Shown here: positions 51,628-64,000 of the stretch, piece by piece | Position numbering within the stretch: position 1 is the first letter of the stretch | Layout: each line of letters opens with the position of its first letter | Assembly: GCF_018350175.1 (NCBI RefSeq) | Contig: NC_058368.1 | Span: 133,798,001 to 133,862,000 of the forward strand | Length of the DNA: 64,000 nt | DNA from: Felis catus | Taxonomy: Eukaryota | Direction of reading: 5' to 3' | Notes under the pieces: model-generated | The model's database searches: none | Told to the model about the DNA's origin: nothing | What the model saw: only the letters and a program-made list of their open reading frames with translations | Position numbers and translations under genes: made by a program

Positions 51628-52530
51628 GGTAGTGGTTTCCAAGCATGGTCCCCAGAGCAGCAGCAACTCCTGGAACTAGTTATAAATACAAAGTCTAAGG
51701 CGCCAACCCATACCTACTGATCGAGTAACTTCGATGGTGGAGCCCAGTAATCTGTGGTCTAATTCTCAAGGTGATTCTGGTAAACTGTGCAGTTGAGAAT
51801 TACAGCTCCATAAGTTCTGAAGCCTGACTGCACAGAATCACCTGCAGAGCTTTAAAAAATACCAGGTCCCAGACCAATTAAATCAGAAACTCCATGTGTC
51901 TGACCTGCCATCAGTATGTATCTTTTTGAAAGTGTCCCAGGGGATTTTGATACATAGTAAGGTTAGAGAACAACTTAATCTATAAAATCCACTTTCTTTG
52001 GCAGAATCCAAAGCAGTGTTTCTCAAACTTGAATGCACATTGGAATCATCTGCCAAACTTTAAAAGTGATCCTGCCCCTGGGGCACCTGGGTGGTTCCGT
52101 TGGTTGAGCGTCCGACTTCTGCTCAGGTCACGCGTGCTGTCACAGTTCGTGAGTTGGAGCCCTGCGTCAGGCTCTGTGCTGACAGCTCAGAGCCTGGAGC
52201 CTGCTTCAGATTCTGTGTCTCCCTGTCTCTCCCTGCTCATGTTGTGTCTCTCTCTCTCTCTCTCAAAAATGAATAAACTTAAAAAAAATTTTTTTAAAGT
52301 CCTGCCCCATTCCCAACCCCCATTCTGATTTAATTGGACTGATATCTGCTTTGTCATTGGCAGGTTGATTTGTTTGTTTTAATGTTCCCTGGGCTATTTT
52401 AATATCAATCCAAGGTTAAGAATCACTGTTCTAAAGTCAGGATTCTGAAACTTTAGTGTGCCTGAGAATCACCTGGAGTACTTGTCAAAAATAGGACTCC
52501 AGGGGTCCAACCAGATGCAGAATCACCTGG
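51628..52530. mobile_element. Cluster of about four MER5-type (hAT-Charlie) DNA transposon relics
   Basis: Repeated agtggtttcc/cagtgtttctcaaact termini, gaatcacctg cores and aggtgattct...gttgagaa ends at about 51628, 51812, 52013 and 52436. Confidence 0.75.
52080..52290 (+). mobile_element. CanSINE inserted in a MER5 copy
   Basis: Full SINE flanked by tcctgcccc repeats. Confidence 0.93.
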
Positions 52531-53031
52531 AATACTAATTAACTAATACTACTATTAATTAATTAATACTACTTACAAGTATTAATCTTCATCCATTCTC
52601 TATGTTCCCCACCATTCGCTGCCCTGCCCTGCCCTAATTTCCTGCAACTTTCCTTTTATGACATCAAACTACTTGGCATTCTTTAAATGTGCTTTGCTTA
52701 AATCATTGGGAAAAAATGTAGTTTCTTAAAGCTAGTAAATGGTCTTTAATCAGTTGATTAGTCATTTAGAAAGGAAATAAACTGGACTGTTCTCTCAATC
52801 CATACACCAAATAAATCCTATATAGATACAGAAAAAAAAAATTAAAAAGAAACCATAAAGCACTAGAAGAAAGTATGGCTGCATTGAGGGAATAATTTGG
52901 AAGTGGGGAAGGCTTTTCCAAACAAGGTACAAAAGTTGAACGTCATAAAGGAAGATGGTTGATAAATGTGATTAAAAAAAAGATTTCTCCTTGAAAAAGT
53001 TAACCATTACCAACATTAAAACATAAGAACT

Positions 53032-53250
53032 GGGGCACCTGGGTGGCTCAGTCGGTTAAGCTTCTGAGTCTTGATTTTGACCCAGGTCATGATCTCGTGG
53101 TTCGTGGGTTCGAGCCCCACATCAGGCTCTGTACTGGAAGTGTAGGATCTGCTTGGGATTATCTCTCTCTTTCTCTCTCTCTGTCTCTCTTTCTGTCTCT
53201 CTCTGTTCTTCCCTGTGTGCATGTGTGCATGCTGTCTTTATAAATAAATA
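53032..53250 (+). mobile_element. CanSINE
   Basis: ggggcacctgggtggctcagtcggttaag; flanks ataagaac. Confidence 0.93.
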
Positions 53251-53678
53251 AGAACAAATGGGAGAAACATCTTCAATGTATTGACACAGTTGCCTCAGTG
53301 TGTATAAATACAATAAAACAAGACAAATCAATAAAAAAAAAGACTAACAGAACAATTCAGAAGAATGAAGTAAGAGCCAGATAATTTGTACAGAATGAAA
53401 CACAAATGGTTAGCTAACATAAGTAAAAAATGCTCAGGTTCACTCATAACGTAAAGAAATGCATATCAAAACTACGATGCCACTAAAATCTTAAAAACAA
53501 TTCAGCATTGGCAAGATTGAGAGGATGTGGTGCCCCATATGCTACTAGTGAGAGCATACATTAGTGCAGTGTCTGTGGAGAGCAATTTAGCCATCACACC
53601 AAAGTGGGAAATGGACACACGTTTGGACCCAGCAGTTCTGCTTTTCGGAATTTAGTCTTGGAAATAATCACTTAAGTG

Positions 53679-54055
53679 TTGTTGCCTCACAAACTGTAGG
53701 CCCCCCTGCAAAGAGGGGAAGGAGAAACTGAAGAAAGAGGCCACTCCACATCAGTAAGTGGCAGCTTTAAAAAGCCAGGGAACTTCCTTACAAGGCTGGC
53801 TAGAGGGGCCTCAAGATGGGTAGTTCTGTGCGTCACAATCAGAATCTTACAAGCTTATCTAGACGACTTATGGGTTCAGTCACGAATTGAGTCCAGTCAT
53901 TCTCAACGCCTTACTCTGTCTCAAGGCTGTATCCTCAGAACAGCTTCCCCTGTGCAAAGTGTACATTCCTAGGATAGGGGAGGGGATAAGGAGCCTCCGA
54001 TTACCTGGGTCTAGTTTCCAGGTCACATGGCGGTCACATCCTCAGAATGACCTCT
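53679..54055. mobile_element. About 375-bp GC-richer insertion in the L1, possibly a solo LTR
   Basis: L1-like text stops at aataatcacttaagtgt and resumes at gtagaaagtattcacaagat; the family was not recognised. Confidence 0.45.
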
Positions 54056-54898
54056 GTAGAAAGTATTCACAAGATACTCACTGAATCATCAAAACACTGA
54101 TATCAGTCTAAATATCCATTAATAGGAAACTTAAGTAAATTATGGTTCAGGGCATACTGGAGTTTTATTTGATGATAAAGCTGATGACAGACATTTAGGT
54201 GTGGTGACGTAGAAAGATGTAGATAGATTATTAAGAAAAGCAAATTTAGAACTATACATATATCTGGCATGGTATTATATTGGGGTTTTTTTTTTAATAT
54301 TCATAATGCATGCTTGCACATCTATATGTGTTTCTGGATAGATCCATACCCTGTCAAAAGAGGTTGCAACTGAAGAGTAAAATGGGGGGGGGGGGGGGGA
54401 GATAATGAGTTCATAATACATGTTTGAATGAATCCATGAATGAGAGTCAGAAGTTGGGACCTATTTTTGGTCTTTATTGTATACCTCCCTGAACTTTTTT
54501 TTTTTTTTTTTACCATGTGTATATAATTGCTTTTATAATAAAACTAAACTAGGTAAAATTAAGCTGTTCTCTTTGGTACTCTGTCCCTTTGTTCAGTTTC
54601 CTCTGAACTTAGACTTAAAAGTCTCCTTTAAGTCCTTCATCTACTACTTGCTCTGGAGGTTCAGCTCAAAGGTCTCCTCTGTGTGGCCACCCATCCATCT
54701 TCTGAATTCATGGCTTCCTCAGTTTATATCACATAAGTACAGTATCTTACTATGTTATGTTCCGTGTTTCTTCCCTGCCTGATGGGTGAGAGCGTTGTGG
54801 TCAGGGATGGTCTGATTCATCTAACTTTCTCCAAAAGCCACCAAGAGTCTTCTTCTGATAAATGTCTCAGTCTTGTCTTTTCTTTATACATATACATG

Positions 54899-54922
54899 TT
54901 TTTTAATGTTTTATTCATTCTT

Positions 54923-54975
<53 letters not shown>

Positions 54976-55139
54976 AAATAGGGGAGGAGCAGAGAGAGAG
55001 GTAAACAGAGAACCCGAAGCAGGCTCCAGGCTCTGAGCTGTCAGCACAGAGCCCGATGTAGGGCTGGAACCTGGGGACCACAAGATCAAGACCTGAGCCA
55101 AAGTCAGATGCTTAATGTTCTGAGCCACCCAGGCACCCC
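54899..55139 (-). mobile_element. CanSINE (tandem copy 1)
   Basis: Long (GA)n; ends ctgagccacccaggcacccc. Confidence 0.93.
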
Positions 55140-55142
55140 CCA

Positions 55143-55356
55143 CCTTTTTCTTTTTAGTTTATTTGTTTATTTTGAGAGAGAGAAAATGTGTGTACAAAAG
55201 CAGGAGAGGGGCAGAAAAAGAGGGAGAGAGAGAATCCCCAGCAGGGTCCACGCTTACCACAGAGCCTGACACCCAACTCGATCCCACAACCATGAGATCA
55301 TGACCTGGCCCAAAATCAAGTTGGTTGCTTAACTCATTGAGCCACCCAGGTGCCCC
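55143..55356 (-). mobile_element. CanSINE (tandem copy 2)
   Basis: Ends ttgagccacccaggtgcccc. Confidence 0.93.
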
Positions 55357-55624
55357 GTGTCTCAGTATTTTCCTCTTGAGCCGCTAAGCACTGGTCTGCA
55401 TTACAGTCACACTTGGTCTGACGCTTGAAGTGATTGGCCATTTCCAACCCCTCAGGTATTCTCAGAACAGGAATCTCTAATTTCACCGCAATCTCCAGAA
55501 TTGCCAATAATCCATTTCATCCGTCATCACTGCCAACATCAGTTGAAGGAAGTCACTGGTATTGATTACCTCAGACTTAATGGATCTAATGAAGGATGCA
55601 GCATATAGTGGCCTTTTCCCCCGC

Positions 55625-56955
55625 TGAACTTTATGGAGATGTTATTGATAGATAACCTATATAACTTTAAGGTGTATACCATAATAATTTGATATATGAA
55701 TATATTATAAAATAATTACCACAGTGAGGTTAGTTAATATCTTCATTCCATCACATAATTATCTTTTTGTTTTCTTTTTTCTTTTCTTTTTTTTTTTTTT
55801 TTTTTTGGTATGTGGGGATAACATTTCAGATCTGTTCTCTAAACTTTCAAGTATATAATGCATTATGTTAATTACAGTCACTACACTGTACATTAAATCC
55901 TCAGCGCTTACTCATACCTAGAAATTCATACCCTTTGAACAACGTCTGAGCATTTTCCCCAGCCCCTAGTAGCCACCATTCTACTCTGTGCTTTTATGAA
56001 TTGAGGTTTTCTAGACTCTACATATAAGTGAGAAAGTACAGTATTTGTCTTTCTCTGGCTTATTTCACTTAGCATAATACCCTCAAGTTTCATTTTTGTT
56101 GTTGCAATAGACAGGGTACTCTTTTTTATGATTGAATAGTATTCCTATATATATAAACCACAGCTGCTTCGTCTACCAGTGGACACTTAGGTTGTTACCA
56201 TGTGTTGACTATTGTAAATAATGCGACAGTGAACATGGGGTGCAGATACATTTTTGAGATAGTGATTTCATTATCTTTGGATAAATACCCAGAAGTAGTG
56301 ATTTCATTACCTTTGGATAAATACCCAAAGGTGGAAATTTTGGTTAGTATGCTATTTGTATTTTTAATTTTTTGAGGAACCTCCATACTGTTTTCCATAA
56401 TGGCTGCACCAGTTTACATTCCCACCACCTAGGCACAAAGGTTTCTTATTTTCCACATCCTTGCCAACCCTTGTCTCTTGTCTTTTTCCTGGTAGTTACC
56501 TGCAAAACACGCGAATGATATCTCACTGTGATTTTGGTTTGTGTTTCCCCGATAATGAGTGATGTTGAGCATTTTTTCATGTATCTGTTAGCCATCTATA
56601 TGTATTTTTTGGAATAAAGGTCATTTAAGGTATTTGCACATTTGTTAATTGGGTTGCTTGTGTTTTTTGTTACTGAGTTGTATGATCTCCTTATATATTT
56701 TGGGTGTTAATTTCTTATCATTTAGATGGTTTGCAAATATTTCTTCCATTTGGTAAGTTGCCTTTTCGTTGTGCTGATTGTTTCTTTTGCTATGTAGGAG
56801 TTTTTTAGTTTGATGTAGTCCTATTTATTTCCTTTTGATTTTGTTGCTTGTACCTTTGGTGTCATATTCCGAAAATTGTTGCCATGCTGATATCAAGTGG
56901 CTATTCTGTGTTTTCTTCTAGCAGTTTTACATTTTGTGGTGTTGCATTTAGTTAG
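55625..56955 (-). mobile_element. L1 3' fragment of about 1.3 kb (L1MA/MB-like)
   Basis: gaggaacctccatactgttttccataatggctgcaccagtttacattcccacca and agtgatgttgagcattttttcatgtatctg are canonical antisense L1. Confidence 0.92.
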
Positions 56956-58099
56956 GTAAGGATTTGGCACGTGATTTAATATTCCAAAGTTTATACCTGT
57001 TATGTAGCTCATTTTTCCTTCAGAGGGCCATAGAGACCCTGTCGTGCTGTTGAAGAAGACTGGTCACTTTTTCCCCTACCTCAATACACTTCAACATACC
57101 TGAAGGGTTCGACACATTGTAATTAGTAACTGTGGCCCCCTAAGATAGTGACTGTCTAAAGGTTGGCACTTGTGCAGAGAGAATCAATGAGTTGTGTGTG
57201 GTTTGAAGCAGGCTCCCCTCACACTACCCATCAATAACTTATGAATATATGCTAAAAGTACCATGGATGCGTATATACAACATGAATAAAGACCTGAATG
57301 GACACATCTTTGTCATGGAGAAGGCCAAATCATGTTTTTCTGTAAGGAGGAATGATAAGAATAAGTGGTCTTATTTTTGCTTCTGATAATTACGTGTTGC
57401 CTCGAGGCCCCTGTGCATTGATTTCAACTGTTCTAATAATTGTTAACTGTTCCAGTATTACATGACTGGTGTTCTGCCTATGAAAAATGAAAGGAGATAG
57501 ATAGTTTTAAGGCTAATATCTCATTCATATACTGTTAGGTGGTGATTGAAATGAAAACTGGTGTTCAAGCTTTGAACAATCAAAAGATTAAAGTTGATAG
57601 TGAACGTGAAACAAGATTATGGGTAACGAAGGGTTTTTTTCCTTACATTCTATGGAGACTTCTGGTCTTAATCTGGGAACATAGGAATGATACACAGCTA
57701 AGCCTGGGGTGGAGGGAGTGTTTCTGTTTGAGAAGAAGGGAGAAATTGTGGAAATAATTGAGTGTAGAGGAGGGTAGCAGTAGGATTTAGGTAGAGGAAG
57801 TATATGATTTCTTTGATAAACGTAAGAGGAAACCTGTGGGCAGGTGGGATTTCCAGAGTGTTGACATGGTAGGATGCTCTTTGTTTGGTTTGATAGAAAA
57901 AGAATTTCAAATCTTACTCCTTGGAGTGAATCTGTAAAAGGGACATTGAACTAGTGTACATGAAACAAGAAGGAGGGAGCTTGCCTTATGGAAAGAAATG
58001 GAGAAGTGGAAAAAAATGCAAAGCTTCCTGGTTAAGAGCTCTAAAGGGCAAATGGAAGTTTTGGATCTGATTTATATATCGTATGAGCAAATTCTAAGC

Positions 58100-58232
58100 T
58101 CATGGTTCCCAATTCTGGCAACATTGTACAATCACTTCGTTAAAAAAAAAAAAAAAAAGCATTAGGACCTGGATATCAGCATTTTTAAAGCTTCCCAAGT
58201 GATTCTCTTATGCACCCCAAGTTGAGAACTGT
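58100..58232. mobile_element. MER5-type fragment
   Basis: atcagcatttttaaagcttcccaagtgattctcttatgcaccccaagttgagaactg. Confidence 0.7.
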
Positions 58233-59759
58233 TTATTGATCTAAGGATATGAAAGAGGAGCGTGGAAGAAAAAAATACTAAGGCAAAGTCTCAGGACCAG
58301 GGAATTTCCAACATTGGGATGGTTTCTGGGAACTGAGCGTCACAATTCTGATTTGTTAGATACTTGGCACACTGCATATTATTTTATAATGAATCAATAG
58401 AATTGAATGTCTTTGATTCTTTGAAGTCTGAACCTGTTTCTGGAGTTAGAAACTGAAAATGCTTAGGTAACTGGTAAAAGAAAACAATAAACATATTTTG
58501 CTTCTTTCACATAGACTTCCTGTGTACGAGAAGCCAGAGAAGCACTTAGAATTTGTTAAATGGGGCCACCTTAAATTGCACATGTATTTTTTAACTGTAA
58601 GAGCTGAAAAGAAAAAGTTTATAATAGAGAATACATTTAGATTATATTTAGCAAGTTACATGGATGTGCACACCATGCCATTTAATACTTCCTCTTTGAC
58701 TAGAAATTACTAAGCAGTTGAAGCAAACAGTCTGAGAGGAACCAGTTTCCTGATAGCACCCTCCTCTCTTGTAGGTAAAAAGGGAAGAAATGCTTTGTAT
58801 CTAATTATGTTAAAGAATTGAAATCCTTTCATGTAAAATAGAAAAAAAAATGCACACCGTAGGTTACATTCTTTAACTCCATCTTTTATCCTGATTCAGA
58901 TATGAATTAATTATCTAAGATGAAGGAATGCATCAAGTTTCATAAAATTGCATGAACCTTCAGAATATCTGTTGCACTGGCTATGTTCTTAAGTTCCCTT
59001 TTTTTGACCTTAAAAATGCTACTCAGTAACTTTAAACAACGGCTAAAAATAATCTCTATTGTGGGAAGATGAATTACTGTAGATGGGAGGAAAACATAAA
59101 GTATCAACTTCTTCATCACTCTTGACATTCACCAGTCTTTACTCGGGATCACCTTGAGATGTGACATCAATTCAGAGTAATAAGGAAGGGTCAATGAAAA
59201 GCTAAAACATTCTCAAGAACCCATTATAACACATCTCCAAGGGCTTTGTGTCAATGCCGCAGCATTTCAAATAGAGTACACGAATTCCAGAGAACAGCTT
59301 CATGAAATGGAGACAATAGGCATCTGCAAGAGTCTTATGACATAGAAGTTGACCTGTTACTGGATCTCTCTTTTACTCCCTACATGTTTCCCATGCTGCA
59401 CCCTCATCACTCATTCCTTAGAAAGCGTCATGTGTACATTGGGCAAGAATCTGTTGTGACACAGTATATTCTCCACAAGGTTTCATTGTTGAGAGCTCAC
59501 TTTTAGTAAGTAATTTTGATACATTTAAGGACTTTGGTTTAAGAAAGTGTTTTTTTTTTTTTTTCACATGAATTTGGATGCAGAATTGGTTTTTCAAGAT
59601 GAGTCTAGAGCTGGGTGATGTATAGAGTTAGCTGCCTCTATCAGATTTTTGGCTCTTTAGGTCTTGTTGGCCTCTTTATCTATTGTAGCAGGTAGCTCCA
59701 AGCTCTGTGCATAAAAAAACCCAATACATAATCATTGAGTTTTTAAAAAAACTGTGTGT

Positions 59760-59984
59760 GGGGCGCCTGGGTGGCGCAGTCGGTTAAGCGTCCGACTTCA
59801 GCCAGGTCACGATCTCGCGGTCCGTGAGTTCGAGCCCCGCGTCGGGCTCTGGGCTGATGGCTCAGAGCCTGGAGCCTGTTTCCGATTCTGTGTCTCCCTC
59901 TCTCTCTGCCCCTCCCCCGTTCATGCTCTGTCTCTCTCTGTCCCAAAAATAAATAAATGTCGAAAAAAAAAATTAAAAAAAAAA
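59760..59984 (+). mobile_element. Young felid SINEC_Fc-type CanSINE
   Basis: Nearly identical to 3524-3742, CpGs intact; TSD aactgtgtgt. Confidence 0.95.
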
Positions 59985-60336
59985 ACAACTGTGTGTTTCT
60001 AGTTTTCTATATTGTAAGGACTAGGTTAGGCACTGAGAATCCAAAATACACTTTCTGTGTATCTACATGTATAACTAGAGTTCATCGTCCACCAACATTT
60101 AGAATTAGCGATTAGAAGAAGAGAGAAAGGGAATAGAGTACATGTTGTTAGATTCCATTTAGTTTCACCCCATGGTGACAAGTAACAGAATGATTGAAGT
60201 TATCATTACTCAGACTTCATTGTTTAGCCTGTAGAATTTTTCTTCTCTATAAACCCTTCACCAGCACTGAGATTTGAGTGTCTGAAACAGATTAAGACTA
60301 TTCAGTCTGCTAGGCACTAAATAATGTAAACTGGAA

Positions 60337-60553
60337 GGGCACCTGGGTGGCTTGGTCTGTTGAGTGTCTGACTTTGGGTCAGGTCATGATCTCACAGTTT
60401 GTGGGTTCGAGCCCCATCAGGCTCTGTGCTGACAGCTCAGAGCCTGGAGCCTGCTTTGGATTCTGTGTCTCCCTCTCTCTCTGCCCCTCTACCGCTCACA
60501 CTCTGTCTCCTGTATGTCTCAAAAATAAATAAACGTTAGAAAAATTTTTTTAA
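60337..60553 (+). mobile_element. CanSINE
   Basis: TSD aatgt(a/g)aactggaa. Confidence 0.93.
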
Positions 60554-60769
60554 GAAATGTGAACTGGAAAAATGTTACTTGCTTTCAATAACAAAAACTA
60601 TTAGAGAATTTTTAAATATTTAATCAATATAAATGTTATGTGAGAACTGCAACTAAATATAAATTGCATATAATATAGAACATGAGTACATTTTGATAGA
60701 TTTGAAATTATCTGAGGTGATGTCTCTGTAAGTAAAAGAGCCTAAAGCCTACCCACGTAGTCTGTCTTA

Positions 60770-61148
60770 TACTCCCAAGCTCTCTCCTCCCGTGGTTTTC
60801 CTCATCTCAGTAAATGCCACCATCTACTCTTTTGCTTAGTCTTGAAATTTAGGAGTCCTCTTTGTTTCTTCTCTTTCCCTCATCATCCCGCTCAATCCAC
60901 ATTTTCAGCCAGTCCTATTCATTGTCCTGCTATCCACAGCTAGGATCTGCAGTTACCCTGTCTAAATTGCCATCATATCTTACCTTATCTGTGCGAGTAG
61001 CCCCGTAACTGATCTCCCTGGTCCGCTCATGCCTGCTTAGAGCCATCGGTCACAGAACACTAGAAGGATCTTTCTGAAATGTAAATTAAATCTTATTATT
61101 CCCTTCTATGTAGTAGAGGATTGATAAATATTTATTGAATGAATTAAT
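60770..61148 (+). mobile_element. L2 fragment
   Basis: cctcatctcagtaaatgccacc...tttaggagtcctc...taactgatctccctg...taaatatttattgaatgaat. Confidence 0.7.
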
Positions 61149-61698
61149 CAGGGAGATGCTAGTGAATAGTGATACTGGCTACTGGAAGATCAATAAGCAG
61201 GAAGGGACAGGGAAAAGCAAAACAGGTTCAAAGAGCCCATATTTTATGAAAACTTTGGTTCATTGTCTATAATGCTCTGTTTACTTGAGAACACAGAGAA
61301 GTCTACTTTCCATTTGTTGGCCTGCTGTGGACACTTCACAGCCTACCCAGAGATAATGCCACTGACGGCCAATCAAGGTTTTTCTGTGTCCACTTAGATT
61401 CTAAACAGCTGCCCAGCTTTAATTAATATCCCACAATTTTATCTGGAGAGGAGCCAGTTGCTGAGACAGCTGTCTAAGTGAAGGGAAGATTTTTTTTTTT
61501 TTTTTTACTTTTCTTGTGTTAGCTGGGTCTGGTAGGATGGAGTCAAAGTTCTCAGATGATTGGGACTATTGTTTCTGAAAGTTCACTCAGCCTAAGGTTC
61601 CTGCATAACTGTTCCAGTGCCCATCTTATCTGTTGGCATCTGTGTTGGAAGGAGATCCTAGGTTGGATTCTTTCCAGTTTGCTCTTAGGGCTTACTTT

Positions 61699-61701
<3 letters not shown>

Positions 61702-61738
<37 letters not shown>
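61702..61738. repeat. (TG)n microsatellite
   Basis: Directly visible. Confidence 0.97.
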
Positions 61739-61741
<3 letters not shown>

Positions 61742-61753
61742 AAAATTTATTTT

Positions 61754-61965
61754 TTTTTATAACGTTTTTTATTTATTTTTGAGACAGAGAGAGACAGAGC
61801 ACGAACGGGGGAGGGGCAGAGAGAGAGGGAGACACAGAATCGGAAACAGGCTCCAGGCTCTGAGCCATCAGCCCAGAGCCTGATGCGGGGCTCGAACTCA
61901 CGGACCGCGAGATCATGACCTGGCTGAAGTCGGACGCTTAACCGACTGCGCCACCCAGGCGCCCC
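61754..61965 (-). mobile_element. Young SINEC_Fc-type CanSINE inserted in the tail of an older SINE
   Basis: Perfect TSD taaaatttatttt at 61741-61753 and 61966-61978. Confidence 0.95.
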
Positions 61966-62167
61966 TAAAATTTATTTTTGAGAAAGAGAGAGACAGAGCA
62001 CAAGCAGGGGAGGGGCGGAGAGAGAGATAGAGACACAGAATCCGAAGCAGGCTCCAGGCTCCGAGCTGTCAGCACAGAGCCCAACATGGGGCTTGAATCC
62101 ACAGACCACGAGATCATGACCTGAGCTGAAGTCGGTCACTCAACCAACTGAGCCACCCAGGTGCCCC
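61966..62167 (-). mobile_element. CanSINE (older host copy)
   Basis: Ends aactgagccacccaggtgcccc. Confidence 0.93.
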
Positions 62168-63172
62168 CTGGTCTTAGGGTTTAAAGCAGTGGCAGTGTGT
62201 TGCTGAGAATTTCCTGTGGAGCGATAGGAAACACGGTACTGATTGTTGTAGTATAAAACGGCACAAGTCATTTAAGCTGATCATCAAGTAATGACAACAA
62301 GGACTCAAATGGGGGCTTACTCTTTGATCCACCAGGAGTTTCAAATGGCAATTATCATTAATTCTTGGATTCCCTCAGTCCTGATAGAAAATCAAGGCAA
62401 CCAGAAACTATCATTTTGTGAACAGACAGCTATTAAAAGCACATTAATAATCTGTAGTGGGTATAGCATATGCCTTTTAAAAAGATTTGCAGCTTGTTTC
62501 TCTGTGGTGAAGACACAGGACTTCTCCAACCTAATTACAAAGCAATCAAACAATTTAATTAATCTGGAAATCACTTTCTTAACAATAACTGCCTCTACAA
62601 TGAGGCACCCTGTGCCGAACCGTTAGGTAAAGCCCCAATTTGTTATATTGCTTGTATGTTGGCCATTCTAGCCCTCCCCCCAACCCCACCCCCGGGATCA
62701 GAGAGTTAATTACCTACCAAATGCCTGACCACTACTAAGGTTTACTTTACCAGGTCAAAAACATCAGCGGCAATAACAACATCCTATAAAGTGTCCTAGT
62801 GCTCAGACATCCAAGAGCCAGCAAATCCCTGGGAGCAGCAGGATTTGAGTTATAAGCAAGTGCTGCACATATGGGCAGAGAATTAACTGGCACCAGTTTT
62901 CGCTTGAGAGTCTCTCAGGTATTGCTTTGCAGATGGGGGGATGAATTCAGAGCGCAGTGCTGTGAGGAGTGAAGGTCATGTGTAGGACGCCGGTTTCAGT
63001 CCGTCTTGCTTTTTTATCCTGGGGACTCGGTGTGCACATCCCTGGCAGCCTGGTCCTCATTTCATGAGTTAAGAATACATATATAAGATGTGCTTTTTTT
63101 GTGTGTTCTAGGTTAGTGGTATTTTGAGCACTGTAAGGCTTTAGAGACTGAGTAGGTAACCTGGAAATCAAT

Positions 63173-63366
63173 TTTTTAAAGTTTATTTATTTATTTCAAG
63201 AGAAAGAGTGCATGCACGACTGAGGGAGGAGCAGAGAGAGAGGAAGAAATCCCGAGCTGACAGCACAGAGCCTGATGTGGGGCTTGAACCCATGAACTGT
63301 GTGCTCATGACCTGAGCCGAAATCAAGAGCCAGATGCTTAACTGACTGAGCCACCCAGAAGCCCCA
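63173..63366 (-). mobile_element. CanSINE
   Basis: TSD gaaatcaattttt on both sides. Confidence 0.92.
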
Positions 63367-64000
63367 GAAATCAATTTTTATTCAAATAAGAACACAGACT
63401 TCAAAGTTTGACTGCTACCTTTCTAATCTGTTAATCTTGTTATTTCTCCATAAGGAACATTGAGGAATATTCTGTAATAATATCTACAGGATAATCTACA
63501 GAATACTCATCCGCCCTTTTCATCTCCTAGTAGTACCATGCCACTTCTCTCTCCAAATTCCCTACTAATGGGCAGTCATTGTCCCACAGTGGGTAGTCAG
63601 TCACCTGTAGTCTACCCATATTGGAAATGTTTGGTCACTTGTAGTCTGTAATATTTTCATTACTTCATTTCTAGTCCATCACCAATTATGCTAGGTTTGC
63701 TCACCAAAATATTTTTTCTGTTGGCCTTTCAGGTCCTAATCCCAGCACCTCAGCTCCTCTTCTTTGGCCGCTCCTCTGTCCGCCTAACACATTTATGCCA
63801 TCTATTGAGACATCTGTTGAGGTTAAGACATCTATTGAGGCCCTCCTCTGGTTAATACCAATAAACGTAGTTCACAACTCATTGGCTCTACCAGTCTGAC
63901 TCCCCTACTGCCAGAATATCTGTCTCTACTGCATTGCCCTACTCCCTTTGGGTCGTTTCTGTCTCCTTCCTGATGTTCTTCCATTTCTTCTCTTGAGCTT

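Larger units (their letters stand above)
52740..54545 (+). mobile_element. Old L1 (L1ME-like) fragment with two insertions
   Basis: catacaccaaataaatcc...taaagcactagaagaaa...aagaaatgcatatcaaaactac...gacccagcagttctgctt...taaatatccattaatagg. Confidence 0.75.
28187..64000 (+). other. MAST4: Intron downstream of the MAST4 exon (the next exon, expected to begin GNSP..SPRNFSP, was not seen)
   Basis: Starts at the GT donor. I found no sequence encoding the expected continuation before the window ends. Confidence 0.7.

Noticed and set aside
56195..56398. ORF MENSMEVPQKIK
   Set aside because: Degraded L1 ORF2 C-terminal remnant, not an intact element.
1..64000. A novel multi-gene, CRISPR-like or defence system
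   Set aside because: This is mammalian intronic DNA. There are no operon-like ORFs or repeat-spacer arrays, and the dispersed repeats match known retroposon types.

Overview
Mammalian genomic DNA, very probably felid: about 32 tRNA-derived carnivore SINEs (CanSINE), three of them of the young cat-type SINEC_Fc form. The window lies inside a large + strand gene. The only coding sequence I can support is one 89-bp internal exon (28098-28186) encoding [29 protein letters not shown], which I recognise as the N-terminal region of the kinase MAST4. The rest is intron: CanSINEs, old L1, L2 and MIR fragments, LTR relics, MER5-type DNA transposons, microsatellites and small tandem duplications. The other ORF-track entries look like repeat or low-complexity artefacts. 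I found no convincing undescribed biological system. The points most worth checking are inverted or nested SINE pairs (possible dsRNA), a four-copy MER5 cluster, an old tRNA-Ile-like SINE relic, candidate enhancer motif clusters and a few perfect palindromes. Repeat family names come from recalled consensus sequences, and repeat boundaries are approximate.
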